Assembly: GCA_035506535.1 (NCBI GenBank)
Contig: DATJPE010000063.1
Span: forward strand, 227,903 to 291,902
Length of the DNA: 64,000 nt
DNA from: Actinomycetes bacterium
GTDB lineage: Bacteria > Actinomycetota > Actinomycetes > DATJPE01
Direction: 5' to 3'
Shown: one piece after another, positions 40,301 to 48,377 of the stretch
Position numbering within the stretch: position 1 is the first letter of the stretch
Layout of the letters: each line of letters begins with the position of its first letter
The notes under the pieces: model-generated
What the model was told of the DNA's origin: nothing
Database searches by the model: none
Seen by the model: only the letters and a program-made list of their open reading frames with translations
Position numbers and translations under genes: made by a program

Positions 40301-42006
40301 GACTGCCTCCTGCGTCGACGGGAGAGGTAGACCGCGAGGATCGGCGGAAGGACGATCAGCGCGAGGATCTCCAGTGCCGCGACCGATCCGAGCACCGACG
40401 TGAGGTTCTGCTGGCGGTAGCCGGCGAGCTGGGTGGGAACGCCGGTCACTGGGTCCGCCGCGGCCGCCACCTGGGTGTCGACCACCTGACCGGTGTCCGG
40501 GTTCACCGACGGGCTGGCGCCCGTCGAGCCGGTCACCGCCGTCGTCCCGCTCTGGCCGGTGCCCGTGGACGACGACGCGGCCGTCTTCGCCCCGCCAGAC
40601 GTCGCAGTGCTGGACCCCTTCGTGGCCGTCGACCCGCTCGACGTGGTGGAGCCCTGTCCCGGGGAGGAGGTCTGCGGGGCCTTGCCGTTCCTGGGGTTGC
40701 CGTTGGCGATGCCCGCGTTGGCGTCGCAGGGCCCGGCGCCCGACTTGTCGCACGCGGGTGGCTTGGGGGCGATCTCGGCCAGGTAGTTGCGGTTCGGCTG
40801 GCCGGCGATGAACGTCGGGTTGTGGCAGGTCGACACGTTGCGTTGCGTGAGGTCCACGCCCGGGTCGGCCGTCTTGAGCTTGGCCGTCTGCGCGAAAGAG
40901 GCCTGGACGAGGTTGATCGGCAAGGGCGAGTAGCCGATCGGGCCCATTTCCGCCTGGCCCTGGCATACGGAGTAGTAGAGGAAGTCGGCGAGCGTCTGCC
41001 GTTTCGCGGTCGTCATGCGCGGGTCGGTCGGTGACGTTGGAATGATCATGTACGAGTACGACGAGATGGCGTACGTCCTGGGGTCGGGGTTCGTGTAGAC
41101 CTGGTCGAGGTTCTGCAGCAGGTAGTCCTTCGACGACTTGTCCATGTTGATCTGCGCCTTGGTGAGTGCGACCGCGACGTTGTACTGCGTGGGCGCCGTG
41201 AAGTAGCCCGCGGCGTTCTCGACCTTGGCCACTGGGAAGTTCTTCGCGAGGGCATAGGAGTACTCGTCGTAGCCGATCGCCCCGTTGGCGGCGCCCGAGG
41301 AGATGAAGTTCATGACCCCGTCGGAGCCGTTCTGGGCGATCTGCCCGCCCTTGCGCGGGAAGTACTCGGTCAGACCGGACGTGCCGAGGAACGGCCGCCA
41401 GATCGAGGGGTACTGCTTGTCCAGGTAGCGGGTGAACTGCGCGGTCGAGCCGGAGCCCTCGGAGTGGACGACCGGGATGATGGGCAGGGACGGCAGCGCA
41501 TGGCCGTTGTTGTCCGCCGTGATCTCGGGGTCGTCCCAGTTGGTGATCTTGTTCGTGAAGATCTTGGCCAGCGTCTGGCCAGACAGCCGGAGGTTGCGCA
41601 CCAGCTGACCGGCCACCTTGATCTGGTACGGGAACGCCGTCCCGCCCGCCACGATCGGCAGGTAGGCGTACGGCCGGCACTGCGGCGTGCAGGGCGTGTC
41701 CGCCTCGCCGGTCACCGGGTCCTTGCCCTGGTAGCCGATGTCACTGACCGCGAAGTCCGTCGTGCGGTAGGCGAAGTCCTTGCGCCCGATCGCCGAGCCG
41801 CTCGCGGTGAAGACGACCTGCAGGCCGTTGGCCTGGACGTCGGCGATCCACTGGTTGACGGCGTTGGCGCTCCAGGACGAGCCCGACCCTTGGATGAGGG
41901 CGTGGCTCGCCGCCGCGTCCGCCGGAGCGGACCCGAAGAGCAGGCTCACCAGCACGCTCACCACCGCTGCCGCGACGGTGAGCAGGGGGTATCGGCGTCG
42001 GTTCAC
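40297..42006 (-). CDS. pstS: Phosphate ABC transporter substrate-binding protein PstS, atypical: non-lipoprotein signal peptide, about 200-aa Gly/Ser/Thr-rich C-terminal extension and a C-terminal TM anchor.
   Basis: 'ALIQGSGSSWSANAVNQW', 'SGSTAQF', 'GAIGYDEYSYAL' are PstS motifs. No Cys in the signal peptide ('MNRRRYPLLTVAAAVVSVLVSLLFGSAPADA'). C-terminus '...LEILALIVLPPILAVYLSRRRRRQS'. The GTG start overlaps the pstA stop (GTGA). Confidence 0.8.
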   Translation of the reverse strand: MNRRRYPLLTVAAAVVSVLVSLLFGSAPADAAASHALIQGSGSSWSANAVNQWIADVQANGLQVVFTASGSAIGRKDFAYRTTDFAVSDIGYQGKDPVTGEADTPCTPQCRPYAYLPIVAGGTAFPYQIKVAGQLVRNLRLSGQTLAKIFTNKITNWDDPEITADNNGHALPSLPIIPVVHSEGSGSTAQFTRYLDKQYPSIWRPFLGTSGLTEYFPRKGGQIAQNGSDGVMNFISSGAANGAIGYDEYSYALAKNFPVAKVENAAGYFTAPTQYNVAVALTKAQINMDKSSKDYLLQNLDQVYTNPDPRTYAISSYSYMIIPTSPTDPRMTTAKRQTLADFLYYSVCQGQAEMGPIGYSPLPINLVQASFAQTAKLKTADPGVDLTQRNVSTCHNPTFIAGQPNRNYLAEIAPKPPACDKSGAGPCDANAGIANGNPRNGKAPQTSSPGQGSTTSSGSTATKGSSTATSGGAKTAASSSTGTGQSGTTAVTGSTGASPSVNPDTGQVVDTQVAAAADPVTGVPTQLAGYRQQNLTSVLGSVAALEILALIVLPPILAVYLSRRRRRQS

Positions 42007-43091
42007 TTGGCACGGTCCCTGGCGAGGAAACGGGTGATGGCGAACAGGACGAGGACGAGCAGCAGCAGGAGCGCCGCCGCGCCGTAGCCCCTCGCGATGT
42101 ACAGCGGCTCACCGCTGCGCACCGCGGAGAAGATGAACAGCGGGAGGGAGTTCATCGGCTCGCTGAAGGGGTTGGCGTTGAAGAAGGTCGACGCGCCCGA
42201 GACGATGAGCAGCGGGGCCGTCTCCCCGGCGATGCGGGCGATGCCGAGGATCAGCGACGTCGCCATCCCGGCCTTGGCGGTCGGGAGGACGACGCGTCGT
42301 ACGGTGTCCCACTGCGACGCGCCCAGCGCCAGGCCGGCCTCGCGCAAGCCTCCCGGCACCACGCGCAGCACCACCTCGGCGGAGCGGGCGATGATCGGCA
42401 GCATGGTGACGGTGAGGGCGACCGACACCGCGAAGCCCGTCCGGGGAAAGCCGAACCCGATCACGAGGGTGACGTAGACGAACAGGCCGGCGAGAACGTC
42501 GGGCAGCGCCGTCATCGCCTCGACCACGGTCCGGACCGTGCGCGAGAGCCGGCCCCCCACCTCGGTCATGAACACGGCGGTGCCGATCCCCAGCGGCAGC
42601 GCGAACAGGGTCGCGATCCCGACCTGGATCGCGGTGCCCACGATGGCGTGCAGCACCCCGCCCTGCGTCAACGGTGAGGTCGGCCGCACGCCCGACATGT
42701 CGTCACGGAAGAAGTTGAGGTGGTGCAGGGCCGGCCAGCCCTTGACGAAGACGAACACCACCGTGCTGGTCAGCGCCAGACCAACGGTGACGGCCGCGCC
42801 GGTGACCACAGCGGCCGCCAGTCGGTCCCGCACGGTCGGCCACGGGTTGGAGATCCGGGACACGAGGGTGTACATGAGCAGGAAGACCAGGTACCAGCTC
42901 ACGACGAACCCGACGACGCCGCTGAACGGCAGCACCCGCTCGAACAGGAGCCAGACGAGGGAACCCGAGCCGACGATGCTGCCGGCGACCGACGCCCGGT
43001 CGTCGAGCGTGCGGGCACGCAGCGGTCGTGGGATCTCGACGGGGGCCTCCGTGTCGACCTCGGCGGCCTCCTGGTCCACCATCGCCGTCAT
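42003..43091 (-). CDS. pstA: Phosphate ABC transporter permease PstA.
   Basis: 'ILGIARIAGETAPLLIVSGAS' matches the PstA EAA-loop region ('AIARIAGETAPLLFTA' in E. coli). ATG 'MTAMVDQEAAEV' at 43091. The 5' part of the 631-aa ORF is rejected. Confidence 0.85.
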   Translation of the reverse strand: MTAMVDQEAAEVDTEAPVEIPRPLRARTLDDRASVAGSIVGSGSLVWLLFERVLPFSGVVGFVVSWYLVFLLMYTLVSRISNPWPTVRDRLAAAVVTGAAVTVGLALTSTVVFVFVKGWPALHHLNFFRDDMSGVRPTSPLTQGGVLHAIVGTAIQVGIATLFALPLGIGTAVFMTEVGGRLSRTVRTVVEAMTALPDVLAGLFVYVTLVIGFGFPRTGFAVSVALTVTMLPIIARSAEVVLRVVPGGLREAGLALGASQWDTVRRVVLPTAKAGMATSLILGIARIAGETAPLLIVSGASTFFNANPFSEPMNSLPLFIFSAVRSGEPLYIARGYGAAALLLLLVLVLFAITRFLARDRAK

Positions 43092-43102
43092 CTCGGATCT
43101 CC

Positions 43103-44119
43103 TCAGATCTCCGTCGCCGCGCCGCTGCGGCTTCGGTTGACGAAGATGGCAGCGACCGTGTTCACGCCCAGGGTGATGACGAACAGCACGAAGCCGGCCG
43201 TGAGGAGTGCGGAGAGCTGGGCGCTCGTGGCCTCCCCGAAGCGACCGGCGATGAGCGCCGAGGTCGTCTCCGTGCCGACCGTGAGAATCTTGATCTTGAT
43301 GTCGAACGCCGGCGAGATGATGAGCAGGACGGCGATGGTCTCCCCGAGCGCGCGCCCGAGCGCCAGCATGGTGCCGCCGATCACCCCTCCACGTCCGAAG
43401 GGCAGCACGACCGCTCGGATCACGCCCCACCGCGTCGCGCCGAGCGCGTACGCCGCCTCGCGCTCGCCGACCGGCGCCTGCGCGAAGACGCCTCGCATGA
43501 CGGCGCACGCGAGCGGGATCACCATCATCGACACCGCCAGGCCCGCGATGAACGCGGAGGCGGTGTACTGCGACTGCGCCCACGAGGCCGCCCGCGGGTC
43601 GGTGTCCACGGCGAAGACCGGGATCCAGCCGAGGTACTCCGACAGCCACCGCGCGACCGTGATGGCGTGCGGTTGCAGGAGGAAGAAGCCCCAGAGCCCG
43701 AAGATGATGCTCGGGACGGCAGCCATCAGGTCGATGAGCGAGGTCAGGGTGGCCTGCAGCCGCGGCGGCGCGTACTCGCTGATGTACAGCGCCGTCAGCA
43801 GCGCCAACGGGAAGCCGACGGCGAGGGCGACCAGGGCCACCTCGACGGTCCCCACGAGCACCGCGGAGATGCCGACGATGTCCCGCTCGGGCTGCCACTG
43901 GCTCTGGGTGAAGAAGTGGATGCCGTACCGGCGAAGCGTGGGGATCGCCTGGTAGCCGAGGAACAGCCCGATGGCGCCGGTGAGGACCAGCACGAAGGAG
44001 CCGATCGCCCGTACGGTCCCCCGGAAGACGCTGTCCTTCGCCGGCCGCGCCGGGTCGATGTCCCGGGGGACGTCCGGGCCCTCGGCCGACGGCCAGAGGT
44101 GCTCAGCCGAAGCGACCAT
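43103..44119 (-). CDS. pstC: Phosphate ABC transporter permease PstC.
   Basis: '[19 protein letters not shown]', '[13 protein letters not shown]', '[16 protein letters not shown]' correspond to E. coli PstC 'ELLAAIPSIVYGMWGLF', 'AAVMRDVFEQTP', '[11 protein letters not shown]'. Start overlaps the pstB stop. Confidence 0.85.
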   Translation of the reverse strand: MVASAEHLWPSAEGPDVPRDIDPARPAKDSVFRGTVRAIGSFVLVLTGAIGLFLGYQAIPTLRRYGIHFFTQSQWQPERDIVGISAVLVGTVEVALVALAVGFPLALLTALYISEYAPPRLQATLTSLIDLMAAVPSIIFGLWGFFLLQPHAITVARWLSEYLGWIPVFAVDTDPRAASWAQSQYTASAFIAGLAVSMMVIPLACAVMRGVFAQAPVGEREAAYALGATRWGVIRAVVLPFGRGGVIGGTMLALGRALGETIAVLLIISPAFDIKIKILTVGTETTSALIAGRFGEATSAQLSALLTAGFVLFVITLGVNTVAAIFVNRSRSGAATEI

Positions 44120-44933
44120 GGACGTAATCGCTGGTTCGGGGGTCGCGGGGGTTGCCGAAGATCTGCTCGGTGGAGCCGGCCTCGACGATCCCGCCCGGCG
44201 TGCCCTGCTCGGCGAGGAAGAACGCGCACTGCTGGGAGACGCGCGCGGCCTGTTGCATGTTGTGGGTGACGATGACGATCGTCACGTCGCGCCGCAGCTC
44301 GGCGATGGTCTCCTCGATCCGGCGGGTCGACGTCGGGTCCAGGGCGGAGCACGGCTCGTCCATGAGCAGCACGTCCGGCTCGACCGCGAGCGAGCGGGCG
44401 ATGCACAGCCGTTGCTGCTGCCCTCCGGAGAGCGCACCGCCGGCGGAACCCAGCCGGTCCTTCGCCTCGGTCCACAACCCCGCCCGGCTCAGGCAGCGCT
44501 CGACGAGGTCGTCCTTGTCGTGCCTGGCGATCTTGGTTCCGGTCAGCTTGAGACCCGCCAGGACGTTCTCGGCGATCGACATGGTCGGGAACGGGTTCGG
44601 CTTCTGGAAGACCATCCCGATGCGCTTGCGGGTCTCGGTGATACGACGTCCGGCGTCATAGATGTCGACCCCGTCGAGCAGCACCTGACCGGCCAGCTGC
44701 GCCGAGGGCACCAGCTCGTGCATCCGGTTGAGGGTGCGCAGGAACGTGGACTTCCCGCACCCCGAGGGTCCGATGAGGGCGGTGACCGTCCCCGGGGGCA
44801 TGGACAGGGACACCCGTTCCAGCACCTTGTGGCTGCCGAACCACGCCGAGACCGCCACCGCGTCGAGGTGGGCGCCCCGGATCTGGCCGGTCACGTCGGG
44901 CAGGCGGATGGTCGTGTCGCTGACCGAGCTCAT
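44103..44933 (-). CDS. pstB: Phosphate import ATP-binding protein PstB.
   Basis: '[17 protein letters not shown]', '[19 protein letters not shown]', '[13 protein letters not shown]', '[15 protein letters not shown]' and C-terminal 'DYVHGRFG' are all PstB hallmarks. Confidence 0.9.
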   Translation of the reverse strand: MSSVSDTTIRLPDVTGQIRGAHLDAVAVSAWFGSHKVLERVSLSMPPGTVTALIGPSGCGKSTFLRTLNRMHELVPSAQLAGQVLLDGVDIYDAGRRITETRKRIGMVFQKPNPFPTMSIAENVLAGLKLTGTKIARHDKDDLVERCLSRAGLWTEAKDRLGSAGGALSGGQQQRLCIARSLAVEPDVLLMDEPCSALDPTSTRRIEETIAELRRDVTIVIVTHNMQQAARVSQQCAFFLAEQGTPGGIVEAGSTEQIFGNPRDPRTSDYVHGRFG

Positions 44934-44967
44934 CCGCCCACCTCGCGCTCGTCAGGCCAGGGCGACC

Positions 44968-45370
44968 TCACGCCGCGCCCGTCCCGCCGAGCACGCCGAC
45001 GCGTCCGCGACGGCTCGTACGGGGATGGGCGTGCACGTCCGGTGCGGCGGCGTCGGGCACCGCGGCGAGGAATCGCGAGAGGCTGTACTCGCACTCGCGT
45101 CGCCGCTGATGGCCGCGGGCCGCCACCGCCACCGGGCGCTCGTCCAGGTCGAGTCGCCATACCCACAGCCCCGTCACGTGGTTGAGCGCCAGCAGGGCCT
45201 GCGTACGCGCGATGCCCGCGATGACCGCCACCGCGTCCTCCACGCAGCGCAGCAGGTCGGGGTAGACCTGGGCGCTTCGCCCGAGCTCTCTGTTGTTGGC
45301 ACCGGCCAGTCGCCACGACACCCAGGAACCGTCCTCAGCAGTCAGACCTCGTAGGGCGGAGCTTCGGTCC
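44968..45370 (-). CDS. Hypothetical small protein immediately upstream of pstB, possibly the first gene of the operon.
   Basis: Within the 355-aa minus ORF, only the C-terminal about 130 aa have protein-like composition ('SWVSWRLAGANNRELGRSAQVYPDLLRCVEDAVAVIAGIARTQALLALNHVTGLWVWRLDLDERPV'). The start codon is not identified. Not PhoU. Confidence 0.3.
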
Positions 45371-45634
45371 GGCCAGGCGGGAGAGGGGGATCCCTCCCGC
45401 AGCGTCCCCGTGACGAACAGGAACCGAGGCCTGGACACCGAACCTCCTCGTGCCGGCCGCGAGGACTCCACCGCCCCTGGCGGGCGGCGGCCCCCGTACG
45501 GCCGAACCGCGGCTGATCGTGCTGAGGCTGCGCGACGGCCCGTCCACCGCGACCTGAACGCCGAACGTTGCCTCGGTGAACGGGCGGTGCCCACGTCCCA
45601 GCGGAGCGCGGCCCGCCCGTGGGAGGGTGGCGAC

Positions 45635-46564
45635 GTGAACGTCATCGAGGTGCGCGGCGGGCGCAAGACGTACCGGCGCTGGCGCAAGCCGCCGGAACGC
45701 GCCTTGGACGGCCTCGACCTCACCGTCGAGGAGGGTGGGGTGCACGGCTTCCTCGGCCCGAACGGTTCGGGCAAGACGACCACGATCCGGGCCCTGCTGG
45801 GCCTGGTCCGGGCCGACGCCGGCGAGTTCCGGCTGCTCGGGCAGCAGGTCCCCCAGACGTTGCCCGCCGTCGTCGCCGAGGTGGGGGCGCTCGTCGAGAC
45901 GCCGCTGTTCTTCCCGAGCTTCTCGGGCCGGCTCAACCTGCAGCTGCTCGCGCAGGTCGCCGGCGTGCCCAGAGAGCGCGTGGAGGAGTGCCTCGAGACC
46001 GTCGACCTGAGCGAGCGCGCGGAGGACCGGTTCAAGGGCTACTCCCTGGGGATGAAGCAGCGCCTCGGGATCGCCGCGGCACTGCTCAAGCGCCCGCGGC
46101 TGCTCGTCCTCGACGAACCGTCGAACGGCCTCGACCCCGCCGGCATCCGCGACGTCCGGGAGCTGCTGCGCCGCCTGGGCGCCGACGGTCGGACCACCGT
46201 CTTCTTGTCCTCCCACCTGCTGGGCGAGGTCCAGCAGGTGTGCGACCACGTCACGATCCTCGCCCGGGGACGATGCGTGACCACGGGCCGCACGAGCGAG
46301 GTGCTGCGGGCGAACACCACCGACGACGTCCGGCTCTGCGTGCCCGACCCGATGGGCGCCCACGACGTGCTCACCGCCGCCGGCTACCGCCTGAGCAGCC
46401 TCGGTGACGCGTGGCGGGTCCACGACGTCCACGACCGCTCGGCGCTGACGCGCACGCTCGCCGACCGAGGCCACTACCTCACCGAGCTGTCCCCGATCGC
46501 GGCCGACCTCGAGGACGTCTTCCTGCAGCTCACCGGGGACGCCGAGCCGGAGGTCCAGCCGTGA
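45635..46564 (+). CDS. ABC transporter ATP-binding protein (ABC-2/DrrA-like).
   Basis: The GTG at 45635 follows 'GGGAGGGTGG'. Walker A 'GPNGSGKTTTIR', signature 'YSLGMKQRLGIAAAL', Walker B 'LLVLDEPSNGLD'. The upstream 114 aa of the ORF are rejected. Confidence 0.8.
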   Translation: MNVIEVRGGRKTYRRWRKPPERALDGLDLTVEEGGVHGFLGPNGSGKTTTIRALLGLVRADAGEFRLLGQQVPQTLPAVVAEVGALVETPLFFPSFSGRLNLQLLAQVAGVPRERVEECLETVDLSERAEDRFKGYSLGMKQRLGIAAALLKRPRLLVLDEPSNGLDPAGIRDVRELLRRLGADGRTTVFLSSHLLGEVQQVCDHVTILARGRCVTTGRTSEVLRANTTDDVRLCVPDPMGAHDVLTAAGYRLSSLGDAWRVHDVHDRSALTRTLADRGHYLTELSPIAADLEDVFLQLTGDAEPEVQP

Positions 46565-47382
46565 GCACGGCCGTGGACGTACCGCGCGCGACGTACGGCG
46601 GGCTGCTCGGCTCGGAGATCCGCCGCCTGCTGCATCGCCGCGTGGTCCGCTGGCTCGCGGTGTTCGCGGTGGCCCAATACCTGCTGGTGAACGTGATCGT
46701 GTGGCTCAACCACGACAAGGCGGGGAGCGGCCACCCCGCCTACCGGCTGGGGGACGCCGGCGGCGGGGCCGTCGGCGTCGGCGTGGGGGTGGCCATCCTC
46801 ATGTTCGTGGTCGGGACGACGTACGCCGGCGCGGAGTGGTCGCAGCGGACCATCGTGGCCCTGCTGTTCTGGGAGCCGCGCCGCGGACGGGTCATCTCGG
46901 CGAAGGTCCTGGTCGCGGCAGCCGCCGCCGTGACGGTCACCGTGGTGAGTCAGGTGGTCTGGCTGGCGACGGCGTACGTCCTGGCGGCGACCAAGGGCGT
47001 CACCACGCTGCCGTCGGGCTTCTGGGCCAACCTGCTGGACCGTCAGCTCAGGGTCCTGATCTTCACCGTGCTCGTGACCTGGCTCGGTTTCGGCATCGCC
47101 AACCTGGTCCGCAACTCGGCGGCGTCCCTCGGCGTGGGGTTCGTCTACTTCGTCATCGTCGAGTCCGTCGTCCAGGCGTTCTGGACCTGGGCGACCCCGT
47201 ACCTGCTCACCCACAACGCGATCGCGCTGTTGTCCCCGGGCGGCTGGGACATCCCGGCGCGCGATCCCAGCCGTTCCCCGGTCCACCTGAGCTCGCTGCA
47301 CGGCGGCCTGGTGTGGGGGACCGCCTCACTGGCGATCCTCGCGGTCGGAACCGTCGTCTTCAGCCGCAGCGACGCCGCGTAG
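46561..47382 (+). CDS. ABC-2 type transporter permease (6 TM).
   Basis: The GTG overlaps the ATPase stop (GTGA). Hydrophobic profile typical of the ABC-2 family. Confidence 0.7.
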   Translation: MSTAVDVPRATYGGLLGSEIRRLLHRRVVRWLAVFAVAQYLLVNVIVWLNHDKAGSGHPAYRLGDAGGGAVGVGVGVAILMFVVGTTYAGAEWSQRTIVALLFWEPRRGRVISAKVLVAAAAAVTVTVVSQVVWLATAYVLAATKGVTTLPSGFWANLLDRQLRVLIFTVLVTWLGFGIANLVRNSAASLGVGFVYFVIVESVVQAFWTWATPYLLTHNAIALLSPGGWDIPARDPSRSPVHLSSLHGGLVWGTASLAILAVGTVVFSRSDAA

Positions 47383-47385
47383 GCC

Positions 47386-47517
47386 TCACCGCAGGTCGAG
47401 CGTCTCGTCGCGCGTGGCCTCGATCCAGAGATCCTCCTCGGCGCGGCTGCTCTGGTACTTGCGCCACGCCCCGAAGGCGACCCCCGCGAGGGCCACCAGC
47501 ACGAGCAGCTTCTTCAC
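47386..47517 (-). CDS. DLW-39 family small membrane protein (43 aa).
   Basis: Translation VKKLLVLVALAGVAFGAWRKYQSSRAEEDLWIEATRDETLDLR: one TM and the conserved DLW motif. It is not in the ORF track because it is shorter than 60 aa. Confidence 0.65.
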   Translation of the reverse strand: MKKLLVLVALAGVAFGAWRKYQSSRAEEDLWIEATRDETLDLR

Positions 47518-47617
47518 GTCGCACCCTCTCCCGGCACTCCTTCGCGTGCCCTCGGCCACGGTAGCCGAGGCCGTCGGCCCCCGACGCGGGGGGCACGCTG
47601 GCGAGTGATCCGGTGAG

Positions 47618-47691
47618 TGGGCCTAGGAGGACTTGAACCTCCGACCTCTTCCTTATCAGGGAAGCGCTCTAACCGTCTGAGCTATAGGCCC
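47618..47691 (-). tRNA. ileT: tRNA-Ile (anticodon GAU).
   Basis: Reverse complement is GGGCCTATAGCTCAGACGGTTAGAGCGCTTCCCTGATAAGGAAGAGGTCGGAGGTTCAAGTCCTCCTAGGCCCA. Lies after the DUF3566/gyrA block, as in mycobacteria. Confidence 0.9.
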
Positions 47692-47762
47692 GAGTGCCGC
47701 GGCGGCTCAGCGCTCGAGGCCCCGGCAGCGTACCGGAGCCCCGCAGAGCGGCCCAACTTCGT

Positions 47763-48377
47763 TCAGGGCTCCTCGACGAGGGTGACGTCCAGCCCGCCGA
47801 CCAGCCCCGCCGCGAGGTTGTAGAGGAACGCCGCGAGCGTCGCCAGCGCGGTGATCAGCACGACCTGCACCACCGCCAGCACCAGGGCGACCCCCATGAC
47901 CCGGCGGAAGGCCAGCGCGCTCTGGACGGTGAAGTCGGTCTGGTCGTTCGCCACGTCGGCCACGACCTTGTTGATGGAGTCGAACACCCCTCCGGAGTCG
48001 AGCAGGGACCACAGCAGCCCGACGGCGACGACGAAGACGATGCCGAGGGCGAGGGAGAGCAGGAAGCCGAGCTTCATCACCGACCAGGGGTCCACCTGCC
48101 GGATCTGCAGGCGGGCCTTGCGCGGGCCCCGGACCGGGTGCGCGCCTGGCGCCGGCGCCATCACGGTCCCCGGTGCAGGGCTCGGCTCGAGCGGTGCGAC
48201 CGGGGTCGGCACCGGGACCGACGCGACGGCGGACGGGATCGTGACCACGCCCGGAGCGGCGGGCTCGTCGTCGTGGGCGCCGTTGGAGGCCGCCGAGGGT
48301 ATCGGGACGGTGGGCGCCGACATGGTCCGCGCCTCGGGGCGAGCAGCCCCCCGGCCGCGGGTCGGGTCGGTCGTCAC
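47763..48377 (-). CDS. DUF3566-family transmembrane protein (Rv0007-like), conserved downstream of gyrA.
   Basis: Start overlaps the gyrA stop. Pro/Ala-rich N-terminus, then '[26 protein letters not shown]' and a second TM. Confidence 0.7.
   Translation of the reverse strand: MTTDPTRGRGAARPEARTMSAPTVPIPSAASNGAHDDEPAAPGVVTIPSAVASVPVPTPVAPLEPSPAPGTVMAPAPGAHPVRGPRKARLQIRQVDPWSVMKLGFLLSLALGIVFVVAVGLLWSLLDSGGVFDSINKVVADVANDQTDFTVQSALAFRRVMGVALVLAVVQVVLITALATLAAFLYNLAAGLVGGLDVTLVEEP

Noticed and set aside
40301-41680. N-terminal 460 aa of the 1369-aa minus ORF (37571..41680)
   Set aside because: This segment is an alternative frame overlapping pstS. Real translation of the downstream protein starts at the ATG at 40300 (signal peptide, overlaps the pstS stop). 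The upstream part is Arg/Pro/Gly-rich junk.
40297-42006. PstS as a conventional lipoprotein
   Set aside because: The signal peptide contains no Cys and has no lipobox. Anchoring is inferred instead from the C-terminal TM helix.
44728-45354. 208-aa plus-strand ORF in the pstB upstream gap
   Set aside because: Arg-rich junk composition. The minus-strand frame in the same interval is more protein-like, though also unassigned.
28032-47691. Integrative mobile element (prophage or ICE) between tRNA-Ala and tRNA-Ile
   Set aside because: No integrase, excisionase, transposase, conjugation or phage structural gene, and no duplicated tRNA 3' segment was found. GC content is uniformly high. Retained only as an 'island-like insertion' hypothesis in the findings.
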